A stretch of DNA of 64,000 bases from Eutreptiella sp. 'Long Island Sound 2002' (Eukaryota > Protista > Euglenida). The stretch covers positions 54,498,001 to 54,562,000 of the forward strand of contig OZ038378.1 of assembly GCA_964036045.1 (NCBI GenBank), in the 5' to 3' direction. Positions 1-11,349 of the stretch are shown one piece after another (within the stretch, counting starts at the first letter, position 1; each line of letters begins with the position of its first letter). The notes beneath the pieces are model-generated. The model searched no databases, was not told where the DNA came from, and saw nothing but the letters and a program-made list of their open reading frames with translations. Made by a program: the position numbers and the translations under genes.

Positions 1-150
1 ATGTACCTATGTGGACAACAACCCGTTATGTCAAGGATCCCACCGAAAGCAACATTACCATTGCGCGTCGCTTTCATTGGGTGCACATCACTGCTATGGT
101 GGCGTAGTCACCGATCACTGCTCCCGTCATCAACACTCGACAACAATGTA

Positions 151-220
151 CCCTTCGTGAACGGCCGTTAAGTGGCCGTTTGAATAATTGCGTGAATTTC
201 ACGTGAATTTACCCAAATTT
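151..220 (+). repeat. Left TIR of element A
   Basis: Inverted match to 4255-4316: 12 bp perfect, then imperfect. Confidence 0.85.
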
Positions 221-407
221 TGAGGTTTTTGGGGGGAAATGCCATATTCTTGGTTCATTTCAAGGGCTTTGAGGGGCCAAAATTCCTCCCCTAGCTTTGT
301 TACGCATCATCCAATGAAAGTCCCGCCCCAAAAGCATGCATCATGACCGCACCGTGCCCAAAACGAGAGGTGCCGGAACCCGGCAAGCCTGTAGCCGATT
401 CGCAGCC

Positions 408-490
408 GTGAATTCACGCGAATTCGTACGAAATTCGCACGAATTTCGTACGAATTTCGTACGAATTTCACGTGAATTCACGTGATTTTA
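408..490. repeat. Element A palindromic array A1, downstream of the transposase
   Basis: Tandem 11-bp units GAAATTCGTAC/GAATTTCGTAC with flanking GTGAATTCAC motifs. Confidence 0.9.
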
Positions 491-598
491 CACAAATGTT
501 AACCGTGTGCACCCCCTGATTTGTACTCACACCCCTAGTAAGCCCCCCAGCATGCACCCTGGTCACGGGCAACAATGGTCTGGGTTCGTAAGGTCATC

Positions 599-2362
599 TC
601 ATGTCCGTCTCTTGCGGCACCAGAACCGCCGCTGTAGAGTCTGAAGGTGCTGCATGTCGGTTAGAAGCCGTCTTCTTGTGCGGCTTGCATACGTTTGTAC
701 ACTTATGGGCCCTTGCCCATGTTGAGCCCTTTTGGTCGCATCCCACCCATGCGACCAAAGGCTATCGTCAATGGTGTGGCTGTCCACAACCACTTGCACC
801 CCTAGTCTCCCCCGGAGGAGGCTTAGGCCCCCGCTGTTGCGCAACATGCGCTTCAGCCTCCGGTGACTTCCCTCCGTGGCAAAGCAGGAGAACTTTGACA
901 AGATTCTCCACTTCTTTGCAAAACAATACATGTGGTCGATCCAAAGATGCGTCCACAGAAGTTTGCCCCACTGGAGCTCATTGTGGGCAGCGCCCATGGC
1001 TATGCTACGGTTCCGGAGCCGCCCCAAGTCGGCCCTGGAGAACCATGCGGAACGCCACGCGTATACACACATGCTTGCAAAATTCTCCCACCACGTTTTG
1101 CACACCGACTCCCAACTTTTTCCCCCTACTTGATGCTGCCTGACACTAGGCTGCTCTGGGCAAGCATCTATTATCTTCTCCCAACCCCTATTGCGCATGA
1201 AATGGATGGCAGCAGCACACTCCATCCTCACCTTCCCCTTGCTGTTTGCCTTGTCATTGTTTAATGAGGCACGGGTGCAAGTTCGTGCAGCAAGCCGTGC
1301 CTCATCTAGAACCGGTTGCAGCATGGTGCGTGCCACAGTGGCCGGTGCCTTCCTTGTCAATTGTACAACTAGGTCCCGTGTCCCGTTGACTGCACACAAC
1401 AGGACACGAAGGACCCCATGGAGGCCATAATCAGGCACTCGCCTATCACTCGTAATGGTCCTATATATAGCATTTATGGCAACGGCTGGTTCCCAGTTGC
1501 CGTCTATCGCACTTGCTGTGCCGAAGGTAGCAAGGCACACAGCACGGTTACGCATGCAGACCCAACACACAGTGGCACCAGGGGATTTTGCCTTCCAGTT
1601 TTGGCAGCCCGCCATGAGCACCTGTGCCTTACGATCTGCACACACAAAAAAAAGGGACTGCCTATCGTTCCCTGCCGTATCCTTAAAACTTACGGTTGCG
1701 GCCTTGCGCAACTCATCATCAAAATCAATTTCCTCGGAGGCCGCGTAGATGGTCTCCCACTTTTCACTGCCCCCTAGTAGCCACCAACTAGATAGTTGGT
1801 TGGGATTGGCGGTGCCACCAAGCGTGAAATGGACGTACGAGGCCTCGTGCCTCGATGTACCGTCCACTGCAATAGGCAACCAATGCAGCCGTCGGTCCCC
1901 GGGCTGCATGATGGCCGAGGGTGGGGGTGGTCGACACTTGAATAGGTGGCCGATGCGGTCAGGTAGGTAGCAGGCCGCACCATTGATGGCCATGTCGTCA
2001 CCCGTATAGGCAGTGAACGCCCGGGACTCCGGCAACGCTAGCCGCCGAAGCATGCCGTACACCTGGTCCCATACCACACCGTACGTCATGCTCCCCACTG
2101 GGTACCGGGACTCTCTCCTAGAGAGGTGCAATGACCGGATCCTCCACACGGCCATAATCAACCTCTCCTCCTGGGCGGGCTCGGGCTGGACGGTGGCTAC
2201 AATTTTTGTTTCGGGGGTAAGCACTATTTGCCCCGTGTCGGGCAGGTACTTGACGGTGTAGGGTGCTGCAAGCTCCTTGGTAACAACCTCCTGGAGCTCT
2301 TGTAGGTGCCGCCGTCGTGTACGTTCCGCTACCAGATGGAATGGCTCCTTGGGCCGTGGCAT
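599..2362 (-). CDS. RAG1/Transib-like DDE transposase, intact 587-aa ORF
   Basis: Motifs occur in RAG1-core order: IAVDG (first D), CADRK...G...CWVC (second D plus CxxC), DYGLH, THLWIDH (HxxxxH), then E in ATEGSH exactly 20 residues after the second H, as in RAG1 H942-E962. No stops; lies between TIRs. Confidence 0.85.
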   Translation of the reverse strand: MPRPKEPFHLVAERTRRRHLQELQEVVTKELAAPYTVKYLPDTGQIVLTPETKIVATVQPEPAQEERLIMAVWRIRSLHLSRRESRYPVGSMTYGVVWDQVYGMLRRLALPESRAFTAYTGDDMAINGAACYLPDRIGHLFKCRPPPPSAIMQPGDRRLHWLPIAVDGTSRHEASYVHFTLGGTANPNQLSSWWLLGGSEKWETIYAASEEIDFDDELRKAATVSFKDTAGNDRQSLFFVCADRKAQVLMAGCQNWKAKSPGATVCWVCMRNRAVCLATFGTASAIDGNWEPAVAINAIYRTITSDRRVPDYGLHGVLRVLLCAVNGTRDLVVQLTRKAPATVARTMLQPVLDEARLAARTCTRASLNNDKANSKGKVRMECAAAIHFMRNRGWEKIIDACPEQPSVRQHQVGGKSWESVCKTWWENFASMCVYAWRSAWFSRADLGRLRNRSIAMGAAHNELQWGKLLWTHLWIDHMYCFAKKWRILSKFSCFATEGSHRRLKRMLRNSGGLSLLRGRLGVQVVVDSHTIDDSLWSHGWDATKRAQHGQGPISVQTYASRTRRRLLTDMQHLQTLQRRFWCRKRRT

Positions 2363-2469
2363 GGTGTGAGATACAGGACCTGTTGAACGGGCAGGCAGTC
2401 ATCGCAAAGTTTCTACCATCCCCCTCCCGCAGACAACTCTCTCTACTGTGATTCGCATGCAATGAAAAG

Positions 2470-2655
2470 AAATTCACATAGATTCGCACGAAATTCGTAC
2501 GAAATTCGTACGAATTTCGTACGAATTTCGTGCGAATTTCACGTGAATAGAAATGTGTGAATATTCTAAAAATGTGAAATTCGTACGAAATTCGTACGAA
2601 ATTCGTACGAATTTCGTACGAACTTCGTACGAATTTCGTGCGAATTTCACATGAC
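2470..2655. repeat. Element A doubled palindromic array A2, upstream of the transposase
   Basis: 2483-2536 is a perfect 54-bp palindrome of 11-bp units. A second, similar array follows at about 2577-2650. Confidence 0.9.
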
Positions 2656-2959
2656 TGTCACAGAATTTCTGCCAAAGCCTCATCCTTCTGCCCTCGTTGA
2701 CCCTCACAAAGCAAGCTCAGGATGGTGCTCATGGGCTATCACACACCCAGTCCAGTGGCTGTCATTCCGGCTGTCACTCAGCCAGCAATGTAACACGTCA
2801 GGGGGCATAGCATACCCCAAATAAAATACAAACAGTTCCGCAGAAAAAATCGCAAACAGGTCAGGGGGCACACCGTACCCCAATTAATGTACAAACAGTG
2901 CTGCAGAAAATTTCGCACAGTGGGGGGGGAGTACCCCACATATCGGTCAAACTGCCCAG

Positions 2960-3914
2960 CGCAGGATCCTTGGCCTGCTCCTCACTCCGCGCGGCGTTGA
3001 AAAGGAGCTCAAAATTCTTTGCGACGACTTTTTCGTCGCCGCTGCCCCACGCCTTCATCACCTTGTTCCACCCCACCTCACAATCCCGTGCCTCCACAAG
3101 CCCCCGAAGCACAATGTAGCCGTTCCCATCAACAAAGTTGAGGGGCGGCTGAGAGGGGCCAACCCTGTCGGGGGCGGGGTCAGGGCTGCCCGTCACCCCA
3201 TGAGGGGGGTCGGGAAGTGGTTCGGTGCGGAGGGGGGGTTCACTCGAAATGAAGGGGGGGGCGCATGTGGCACGACGGTACCATTGCAAAGATGTTGTGC
3301 TATAGAAGGTGGGGTGGGTGACGTCGGGGACGTGCACCTGGGGGGGGATGGTTGGATGGAAAGGGGCGACGCCCAAATCATCCCACCACCGGGGGTTGGC
3401 AAGATGCCAAGACAAGGGGAAAAAAGAGTGGTCTGCTGGTGCACCTACAGCAAGATCCTGCAGGCACACCATATCGCAGTGGGGGGGGGGGGGTGTGGAC
3501 GAGGTTAGTGGTGGGGTACACCTGGAGGTGGGCGTCCTTAGGCTTCCCCACAGGGTTATTCCTCATCGAGTTGAGGAGCTGGTCAACACTGGAGGGGAGA
3601 GGGGTTAGATGGAGAAATTTGAGGGTGGGGAGTTGGTGGCGCAGTTCCCTCCACAGGGTTGTGGCCCATCCCCTCCCCCCGAGGTAGCTGTTGCGGGTGG
3701 GGCTGCGCATGTCGATGTGGATGACATCGGGGGAGGGGTCGAGGGAGGCTGCCCAGCCCACGAGGTCATCCACCCCCAGTGCCTCTGACTCGTACGTTGC
3801 CTCCTCCAAATGATGGTGGGCAACGGGGAGGGCTTGGTAGTGGGCGAGGGTGTCGGCTGCGGGGTCGGGGCGCGAGGCCAGGCTTGCGAGTTGAGACATA
3901 GTCTGCTGCGACAT
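2960..3914 (-). pseudogene. Element A cargo gene: unknown N-terminal domain plus the start of a PhyH-like 2OG-Fe(II) dioxygenase; frameshifted and 3'-truncated
   Basis: ORFs 3378..4052 and 2861..3472 join near the poly-G run at about 3480. FVDGNGYIVLRGLVEARDCE resembles the PhyH N-terminal motif and aligns with element B LRGAVEAKECE...LLSNAHSREE..DP.L. The catalytic HxD...H half is absent. Confidence 0.65.
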
Positions 3915-3979
3915 TGTTAAAAGAGAAGAACGCGAGGGCTTTGAGAGCTGTAACAAAGCGAAAGAGTGGAAAGGAGGGT

Positions 3980-4130
3980 AAATTCGTACGAAATTCGTAC
4001 GAAATTCGTACGAATTTCGTACGAATTCGTACGAAATTCGTGCGAATTTCACATTCTCGTGAATCTGTGAATCTAGCGTGAATTTCTGCGTGTATTTAGG
4101 TGCGTGAATTTCACATTCACGCGAATCTCA
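3980..4130. repeat. Element A palindromic array A3, upstream of the cargo gene
   Basis: AAATTCGTACG x3, then AATTTCGTACG units, then GTGAAT motifs. Confidence 0.9.
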
Positions 4131-4254
4131 CCAAATGTGTTAAACCATGCGGGGACTTTAAACCTCTAAATTGCACCTATTTGTGGCATCTTACTTTGGG
4201 CGAAGGTAGCACGACAAAAGCACGCGATAGCACCAAGTTACGAGCAAAACACAG

Positions 4255-4316
4255 CAAAATTGGGTGAAATTCACGGTACCGTGAATCTCGGATTCAAACG
4301 GCCGGTTCACGAAGGG
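4255..4316 (-). repeat. Right TIR of element A
   Basis: Reverse complement of 151-220. Confidence 0.85.
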
Positions 4317-5899
4317 TACAAAAACTGCTCATAGGTCTCAAGATGGAGACTCAATGTGGAATGAAATATTGTTACCCTGCATTGCCCCCCAATGTCCTGT
4401 GGGTCGAGAAGAAAGGTTTCCTTCTTGCGCCCTCACCACTTCTTGGGTTGTTCTTGTTTTTGTTGTTATTGTTGTCGTCCCTGTTGTTGTTCGGGTCTTT
4501 ATTCAACTCAAGTGCTCAGTTTGGTGTAACCGCAATGCAATTTGATTCTTTCGGCCCCTTGTCACCGAAAGTTCCCACTTAAAACGGAGGTTTTGGGGTG
4601 GGCAAGCACGTTGTATTTTAATTCTCTGATTTTTTTCCTCGTAGAGGGAGGTCTTTTGTCCGGACCCAATTCTTGGAACATGCAGCTACAAAGATGGTTC
4701 ACGTGTACGGTCATTTTGTCCCCAATGCGTCCTAGATTGTTGCCTCTATGGCCCCGAATGAGGTCGATCCATGTTTGTAGGCTCTTGCTTATGACTTGAA
4801 CGCTCCACCTACTTTGCTTGTGAGTATGAGGCGATGTGAATGGTCTAGAACACGGCGTTGCGAGCGGTTGTACCGCTCTGGGCCAACGATGAAAGAATTC
4901 GAGGGACAAAATGTGGCCAAGGAGATGTGGATCCTCAAGGAGGACCTCATGTGGTTCACGGGGATCCGAGCAATGTAGAGGTCGATTGTACGAGCGTATC
5001 ACGTGTTGGCCCCGCAACACAATTGCACCCCAAAGCCCGCGTGGAGATACGCGCCAGCATGATGAACGCTTCGATACCCAAAAAGCTAGCAATAAAAACA
5101 CAACCACCTAGCGCACACAAACACATTGCATTCGTCTTTCACAAGTTCCGGTGAAACGCCCCACAAGAACGCCGTATATTCCTTTCTACTCTCCTATCGG
5201 ACCCGCTGTTCCAGACTACATCTTAAGCGGCGCAAGTTGCCCACCTAGGTGAATTGGCGAAGAATACCCAAAATTGGCCACTTTGGCTTGTGTGAAATGT
5301 CAAGGCATTTTTTAACGTCTTGTGAGGTGTACCTCATTATGACCACCTGTGAACATGTTTTCGCGCTGCACTGCCTGTCCATACAAAACCAGCTGCTTGG
5401 GTGGGTTCAGTTTTTAGGGTGCACAACACACGTTTCCCTTTGTGCTATGCATAATTCGTTTCCTTGTGCCTGTCGTTTGGAATTTCAAAAAGAGCTTGGA
5501 ACCAGACACTTTTTGAAAATGCACCCCTGTCAAACACATTGTGTTGACGGATTTATGTATGGTTCCAGACAAACTAAGCAATTTGCACCATTTCAAGTAA
5601 GGTTTCAACGGCTGTCCATCTCGAGTGTCGAACATCATCTTTCAGCCCCCTTGATATTGCAGAGGTGTCTTGTTCTACACACTTCAGTCTAAGTTCGCCA
5701 TTTCGAATACACATTCAACACACATGGATGGCGTCTACTTCCAGACTCTGTCCACCAATTTTCTGGTTGTTGCGCACTGATGTTACGTTACCGTTGAGTG
5801 TTTTGTTTAGTCTAACTCTGTTCGCCCGCTGATGAGCGAGGCACTGGGTACGGTAGCAGATCCCTTTGGTCTCCTGCGTGATTTCTTGCGAGGAGCTAA

Positions 5900-6134
5900 G
5901 TATGGTACACATATGGACTTGATGGATGCGGGATGACGAGCTTGGGGCAGCAATGCTTGTAGACGTCTGTGCACAAATGAGGGCCAACCGACGAACAAGA
6001 TGTGGTATAAGCACATTGGCTGCAGCGCATCGGCAATTCACCCTGGCCAAGGTGGTATGGAGTGTTTGCACACCACGTGTATACAATGTGGCAATTGTGC
6101 GGGAACATGGCTCTCCCAGAGGAGAAGGTTTTTA
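5900..6134 (+). pseudogene. 5' part of a decayed DUF6589/Academ-like transposase interrupted by element B
   Basis: The frame of ORF 5926 (...REHGSPRGEGFY) continues in frame into 13637 (IVGPRKAASRG...) once element B and one 2-bp duplication are removed. Confidence 0.45.
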
Positions 6135-6247
6135 CCTGCGGCTCACTTGGAAATGTGAAGTTGGGGCTCAGTTGGGGCTAAAACGGCTCATTTGGGGCTA
6201 CGTGCTGTTTTTCAAGGGGTTTAACCGGGGGAGTTTCTTTTTTTCGA

Positions 6248-6420
6248 CGGCTCAGTTGACTGAGCACCCCGACTGAGCCGTCACTGAGCCGTCACTAAGC
6301 CGGCTCACTTAGCTCTCACTTAGCTCTCACTGAGCGCTCACTGAGCGCGCCAAATGGCTCAGTGAGCGCTCAGTGAGCGCTCGCTGAGAGCTAATTGGGG
6401 GCTCACTCGGGGCTCACTTA
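6248..6420. repeat. Element B array B1
   Basis: CTCACTGAGCGCTCACTGAGC - short spacer - GCTCAGTGAGCGCTCAGTGAG stem-loop of 11-bp units. Confidence 0.9.
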
Positions 6421-6449
6421 ACATGCACGGGCACAATTCTTCCATCATA

Positions 6450-8010
6450 AGCACTTACTTGGTCCTTTGTCGCAATGCACGTTCAACAATCCTCCTCACC
6501 ATGTTCTCTCTCCCCTTCCTCTGGCACCGGGCACGTGACCAAGTCGTGCACTGTCATTGGAACCCCCTTTGCTGGTCACAGCCCTACTCTCCACCTCCCA
6601 ACCTTCCTTGCGGAGGTTATCATCTAGCGTGTGGTTATCCACCACACACTGCAAGCCCGACCTATCGTTCAGCAAGCTGACCCCCCCCCACTATTCCTAA
6701 GCAGCCGTTTCAGTCGCACATGGCTGCCCTCCAATGCAAAGCAACTAAACTTTGCAATGGTCCCCCACCGTGCAACATACGCATACATGTGGTCAACCCA
6801 CATGTGCGTCCACAAGTTCTTCTCCAATCCCAGGTCAAGGTGCCTTGCCCCCATGGTCAGTTGGCGTTGCAGCAAGGAACGTTGCTCTGCACCACTCAGA
6901 AAGTCGTCCTTCCAGGCCACCTCGGCCATGGCCGCAAATCCCACCACTCCGTGCACACATCAACCCGTGGGCTGCCCCCCACTTGATGGTTCCCGATCAC
7001 CGGTGCAACCAGCTGCAACAGTGGGCCCCACAGCCGGGCCTCGACAAAGTGCGAAGCAGCCCCCAACTCCATGCGCACTTGTCCTTTGGCATTTGCCTTG
7101 TCCGGCCCCACTTTCCAGGCCGCATTGTGCGGGCCACTTTCCGTGCCCCTTTTAGAACCCCTAGCACCATGGTGGCCGCACTCTTCCTAGATACTCCTCC
7201 ATGGGTCACGAGCACTCGCACAATTCCACTGACCCCCGCAATGGCAACACGCATGACTCCATGCGCACCGAAGTCAGGAACGCGGCGGTCCTCCGGGATG
7301 TCACGAAACACCCCGGTCAGACGTACATGGCCCTTAATTCCTTCCAGGGCAACCTCTTGTCCTCCGAACTTGGGCAATACCGTTTCACGGTTTGCGCCGC
7401 AGCAGTGGCACACCATGGCCCCGGGGCTCTTCTTCGTGAAGCCGTCCCCGCCGGCCAGCATGATGTGGGCCTTGCCATCGGCCCAGACGAAGAATAGGGG
7501 GCTGCGTGCCACCCCATCCGCATGCGGCAGTTGCAGGGCCGTAGCAGCGCGGAGCTGAGTATCGAAGTCACACTCCGATTGCACGCTGTGGACCGTGGCC
7601 CACATCTCGCTACCCTCAAACAGCTGGCAAGTTGTGTGGGCCCACAACCCGGTGCAGCCACTACACAGTGCACGTAGGCCCGATTCCAGCGGTTGGTGCC
7701 GTCAACGCCGATGGTCACCCTGGCGTTGCGCTGCACGCCCGGTTGCAAGGCTTCCGGTGTGCGTACGGCAGGCGCTTCATAGAGCAGGGCTAGCCGCTCA
7801 GCAATATTGCAAGACGCCCATTGCATTTCATACTCCCCCTCAAGGATACAAACCAGCTGGCTAGCAGGTTGGCTGAGATGCTTCACCCACGGGGCCACGT
7901 CGGCCCAGCTAACGGTGCTGTCCAGGTCAGGCAGCAGGTGGCATTTTGTGTAGCTCCTGTGGTATAGGTGTAGTGCCACATGCAGTCCCCGTGCTTGCGG
8001 CACAATTATC
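6450..8010 (-). pseudogene. RAG1/Transib-like transposase of element B, frameshifted
   Basis: Fragments are collinear with the A transposase: IGVDGTNR (ORF 7317..8003), FFVWADGKA...SPGAMVCHCC and PDFGAHGV (6997..7647), WTHMWVDH...KFSCFALEGSHVRLKRLLRNSGG (6669..6956), then VVDNHTLDD. Confidence 0.85.
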
Positions 8011-8480
8011 TCTGCTCATATCTCTTTGCTATCCCCCCCACCTGTTTCCCCTTGAATGTTGTCCCTTTCTAGCCTCCCCCCCCCTTGCCCCTACAGGATT
8101 CACACTCTTTGTCGGGGTGGGGTAGTGGGGTTGCACCAAGGTGTTTGTCCCATCCCCCCCCCCCTGGGGATGCCGCCAGGGTGTTTGTCCCGTCATACCC
8201 CCCCCGGGGATGCCGCCCGGGTGTTTGTTCCATCATACCCCCCCCCCCCCCCCGGCAGTGTCTCATCCTTCCCCGTCATAGCCACTCCCATTGCCACCTT
8301 TGATGCCCCCCTCCCCCCGGTTGATGCCGTAATATGGGCTGCACCCCCCCCCCCACCCCACAGCCATGGCACACACCCTATTTGCAGTCCCTGGTGGTAG
8401 GTGGCACATCCCCCCCACACCCTCTGCCCACAACCACCAGTTTGTGGCGGCAAACAATTGGAGGGCCCAGCCATCCGCCC

Positions 8481-8605
8481 GACTGAGAGCTCACTGAGCC
8501 GTTTGGCGCGCTCAGTGAGCGCTCAGTGAGCGCGCCAAATGGCGCAGTGAGCGCTCAGTGAGCTCAATGAGCGCCCAGTGAGCTCTCAGTTACCTCTCAG
8601 TCACT
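8481..8605. repeat. Element B array B2
   Basis: GCTCACTGAGC/GCTCAGTGAGC units around TTTGGCGC and GCGCCAAA spacers, upstream of the transposase. Confidence 0.9.
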
Positions 8606-8679
8606 GCACACCTAAAGACAGGCACTACACAGGCACCACACAAGAGGCCAATACGTGTTACAAAAAGACTGTTTGCTGT

Positions 8680-8930
8680 CTCAACATACCACAGGGGCCA
8701 GATCTGGCCCTTCTCCTGCAAGTGTTGTTGAACACAGGCCCATAACAGGGCTGAAAGTGGTGGCCCCTGGCCAGCTTGAAAAAAAGGCGCAACATACCAC
8801 AGGGGCCAGATTTGGCCCTGTTCTTGAACACAGGCTCCCAACAAGGGTGAAAGTGGTGGCCCCTGGCCTGCTTGAAAAAAGGCCGCACAACAGAGCTGAA
8901 TGTGGTGGCCCCTGGCCTGCTTGAAAAGTT
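8680..8930 (+). repeat. ~116-bp tandem duplication inside element B
   Basis: CATACCACAGGGGCCAGAT...GTGGTGGCCCCTGGCC.GCTTGAAAA occurs about 2.5 times. Confidence 0.7.
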
Positions 8931-9351
8931 TTCAGCTCCGTGAAACAGTTATTTTCAAATTAACATACAACTGCAATTGGTACACGGCCATAATTACGGC
9001 ACATTGACCTGTGAAAAAAAGGCACACAGCAGGGCCCAAGAAGTGCACAGCACGCTGCAATCTGTGGCCCTAGGCCCCCCAGAAGAAATTTCAACACCAT
9101 GAAGTGCTCAACAATAATATATACCATACATATATACGAACCACATAGCGGGGGTCCAGCGGCTACCACAGCGCCGCAGTTCCAGGGAGAAAACCCGGAC
9201 TGCCAACCACGGGATCTGGCTCCCAGCCAGGCTGCCGAGCAGCCGCCACCACATCCGACCGATACCAGCGCTCGGCGTTCTGCAGGCGGGATGCCACTTC
9301 CACCACAACCTTCGGCAGGCTGTGCACGCTCAGTTCCGGCATCGTGGTTGT

Positions 9352-10800
9352 TCAAGCGAGCCCCGCAATGGTCTGCAGCTGCTGGCACGACGACTTGGCG
9401 TCGGCCATCCGCCGCGTGGCCAAGTGGGTGTACGCCAACAGTCCCGATGCCAGGAATTGCATGGATTGCGCGCTGTAGGTTGCGGGGGGTGCAGCCGGAA
9501 CCCCTGACTGGGAGGGGGATGCAGCCCCCGGCCCAGATTCAGGGGGCTTGAAGCCCTTGGACCGCTGCAGCACCTCCGGGCGTGCCTCACTGCCAGCCCG
9601 TTGGCGCTCAGAGTCCACGAGCTGGACCTGCAGGTCGTCCCGCTGCCGCTTGACCGTGTCCAGCTCCTCCTTGAGACGGGAGGCTGCTTCCGCTGCCAGA
9701 CGGGCAGCATCCCGCTCCTGGCGGAACTGGTCACGGTCACGGCATGCCTCCCGGTACACGGTCATGGGCACGGTACCCGGTAACCCAGGCTCACGAAGGG
9801 GGCTCCCCAGAGCCGCCTTTTGTGGTGTGGCTGCATTTCCCTTGCCCACCAGCATTTTTGGGGGGGGGGTGCTGTCCTTGGCTGCCCGCTTTTTCGCTTT
9901 CCCGACACCACTGCGGGCACTCGGATCACTGCGGGCGCCTGCACTGCGGGCGCCTTCACTCTTCCCCCCCTCCGTCACCTCGCCATCACTGACCACCTTT
10001 GGGTCGATGACGCCCCCCCCCCCCCCCCCCAGAGCGCTGCCACGGGAGCTGGCGACGTGGCCACGCATGGCGTGCCAAGCCTCCGAGAAAAACCCCTCCC
10101 CCTGCACTTCCCATGACGCCACGTGCTTAAAAGCAATTGAGCCAGCGCGGGCCAGCAACCCCCCCTCCTCCGTCCCCACGGCTAGGTCCAAGCACCAGTG
10201 TTTGGACCCCAGCCGGTAAGCAAAGCGGGCTACAAAAAAACCCCCCTTCCCTGCCAAAAGCCCACAATCCTCGGTGACGGTCACCCTGCACGGCAGGTGC
10301 ATTTGGGTGGGCGTGGTTGTCTGCGGGGCGGTGCACGCGTGGAGGGTGACGCTCCAATACCACCTCTCGGTGGAGTGCCGCGGTACCCCCTTCACGTTAA
10401 CCGTCCTATTGAGGAGGTACGCCGGTGCGGGCTGCTTGTTGAACGGGGCAATTTAGAGCCCGAAGTAGCCCACGCGTACATCACTGGCCCGGGCTGCCTG
10501 CACCTGGGGGAAGGGGACCGGGGACCCGATGGCCAGGTCGGTGAGTGATGGGCCCACCGGCCCCCGACCCTTGTCAACCGCCGCTGCCCTCTCGTCCCCG
10601 GCTCTCACCATCGCGGGCTCTGCTTCCGATGCCCCCGGCACCGGCTCCTTCGTCACTAACGCCAGTTGCTGTTGCCCTCCAAGCGGTGGTCGTGATGAAC
10701 TGCAGGCACCTTTGCCGGGCGGCGCGAACGTTACCGGACGTTGACTCCGTGTTTTGCTGCCGTGTGCATCAACCAAAGGCTCGTGCAGGGGGAATTGAGC
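9352..10800 (-). pseudogene. Element B middle gene: beta-rich domain, K/G-rich linker, coiled coil; one in-frame stop
   Basis: ORFs 10453..10875 and 9352..10395 share a frame and are separated by one TAA. A coiled coil (RDRDQFRQERDAARLAAEAASRLKEELDTVKRQRDDLQVQL) lies near the C-terminus. The gene is bounded by arrays B3 and B2. Function not recognised. Confidence 0.55.
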
Positions 10801-10900
10801 CTGCAAATGTGGGGGGGGGGGGGGGGGACTCCAAAAGTACCAGTTTCGATAAAGATGCAAACGGCAGCAAAGCACTGCAGCGGCCTGGTCCCGGGTTCCA

Positions 10901-10990
10901 CCTCACTGAGAGCTCACTGAGCCGTCAGCGAGAGCTAATTGGGCTCACTCAGCGCTCACTGAGCGCCAAACGGCTCAGTCATCTCTCAGC
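10901..10990. repeat. Element B array B3
   Basis: CTCACTGAG/GCTCAGT units with a GCGCCAAACGG spacer. Confidence 0.88.
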
Positions 10991-11349
10991 TGCACCTCCA
11001 GACCGGCAACTACAATTGGTGGCAGAATGCTGAAGCCGCCTCAGCCCAGCCCCATGCAGGCCATACACAGGGCCCATACAGGCCCCCATACAGGCCCGGT
11101 AAAGGCCAGCGTCAAACTAGCACGGCCTGTGCAGGAGGCCCACGCGCTGGCCGCCTTGTGCACATGTTAAGCCAACTCGTGGGGGACCTTGTGCACATGT
11201 TAAGCCCGCAAGTGGGGCATTACACGCATAACACACAAAGAACCCCGTGCCAGCCCACAGCCCCACAGGCCCGCAGCCCCGAACCCAGCTTTCCAAACAC
11301 CCTGGTGCACCCCACCACCACCCAGTCTCGCCCCCTACCAATATTCCCC

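Larger units (their letters stand above)
151..4316 (-). mobile_element. Element A: TIR DNA transposon with RAG1/Transib-like transposase and dioxygenase-family cargo gene
   Basis: The left end CCCTTCGTGAAC (151) is the exact reverse complement of the right end GTTCACGAAGGG (4305-4316), and similarity continues through GGCCGTTTGAA and GTGAATTT(C)ACCCAA. TA flanks both ends (149-150, 4317-4318). Two minus-strand genes lie inside, separated by palindromic arrays. Confidence 0.85.

Noticed and set aside
4343-5700. Short ORFs between elements A and B
   Set aside because: No recognisable motifs in any frame; probably decayed TE sequence that cannot be assigned.
9352-10800. RAG2-like partner gene
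   Set aside because: No kelch repeats or PHD finger are visible.
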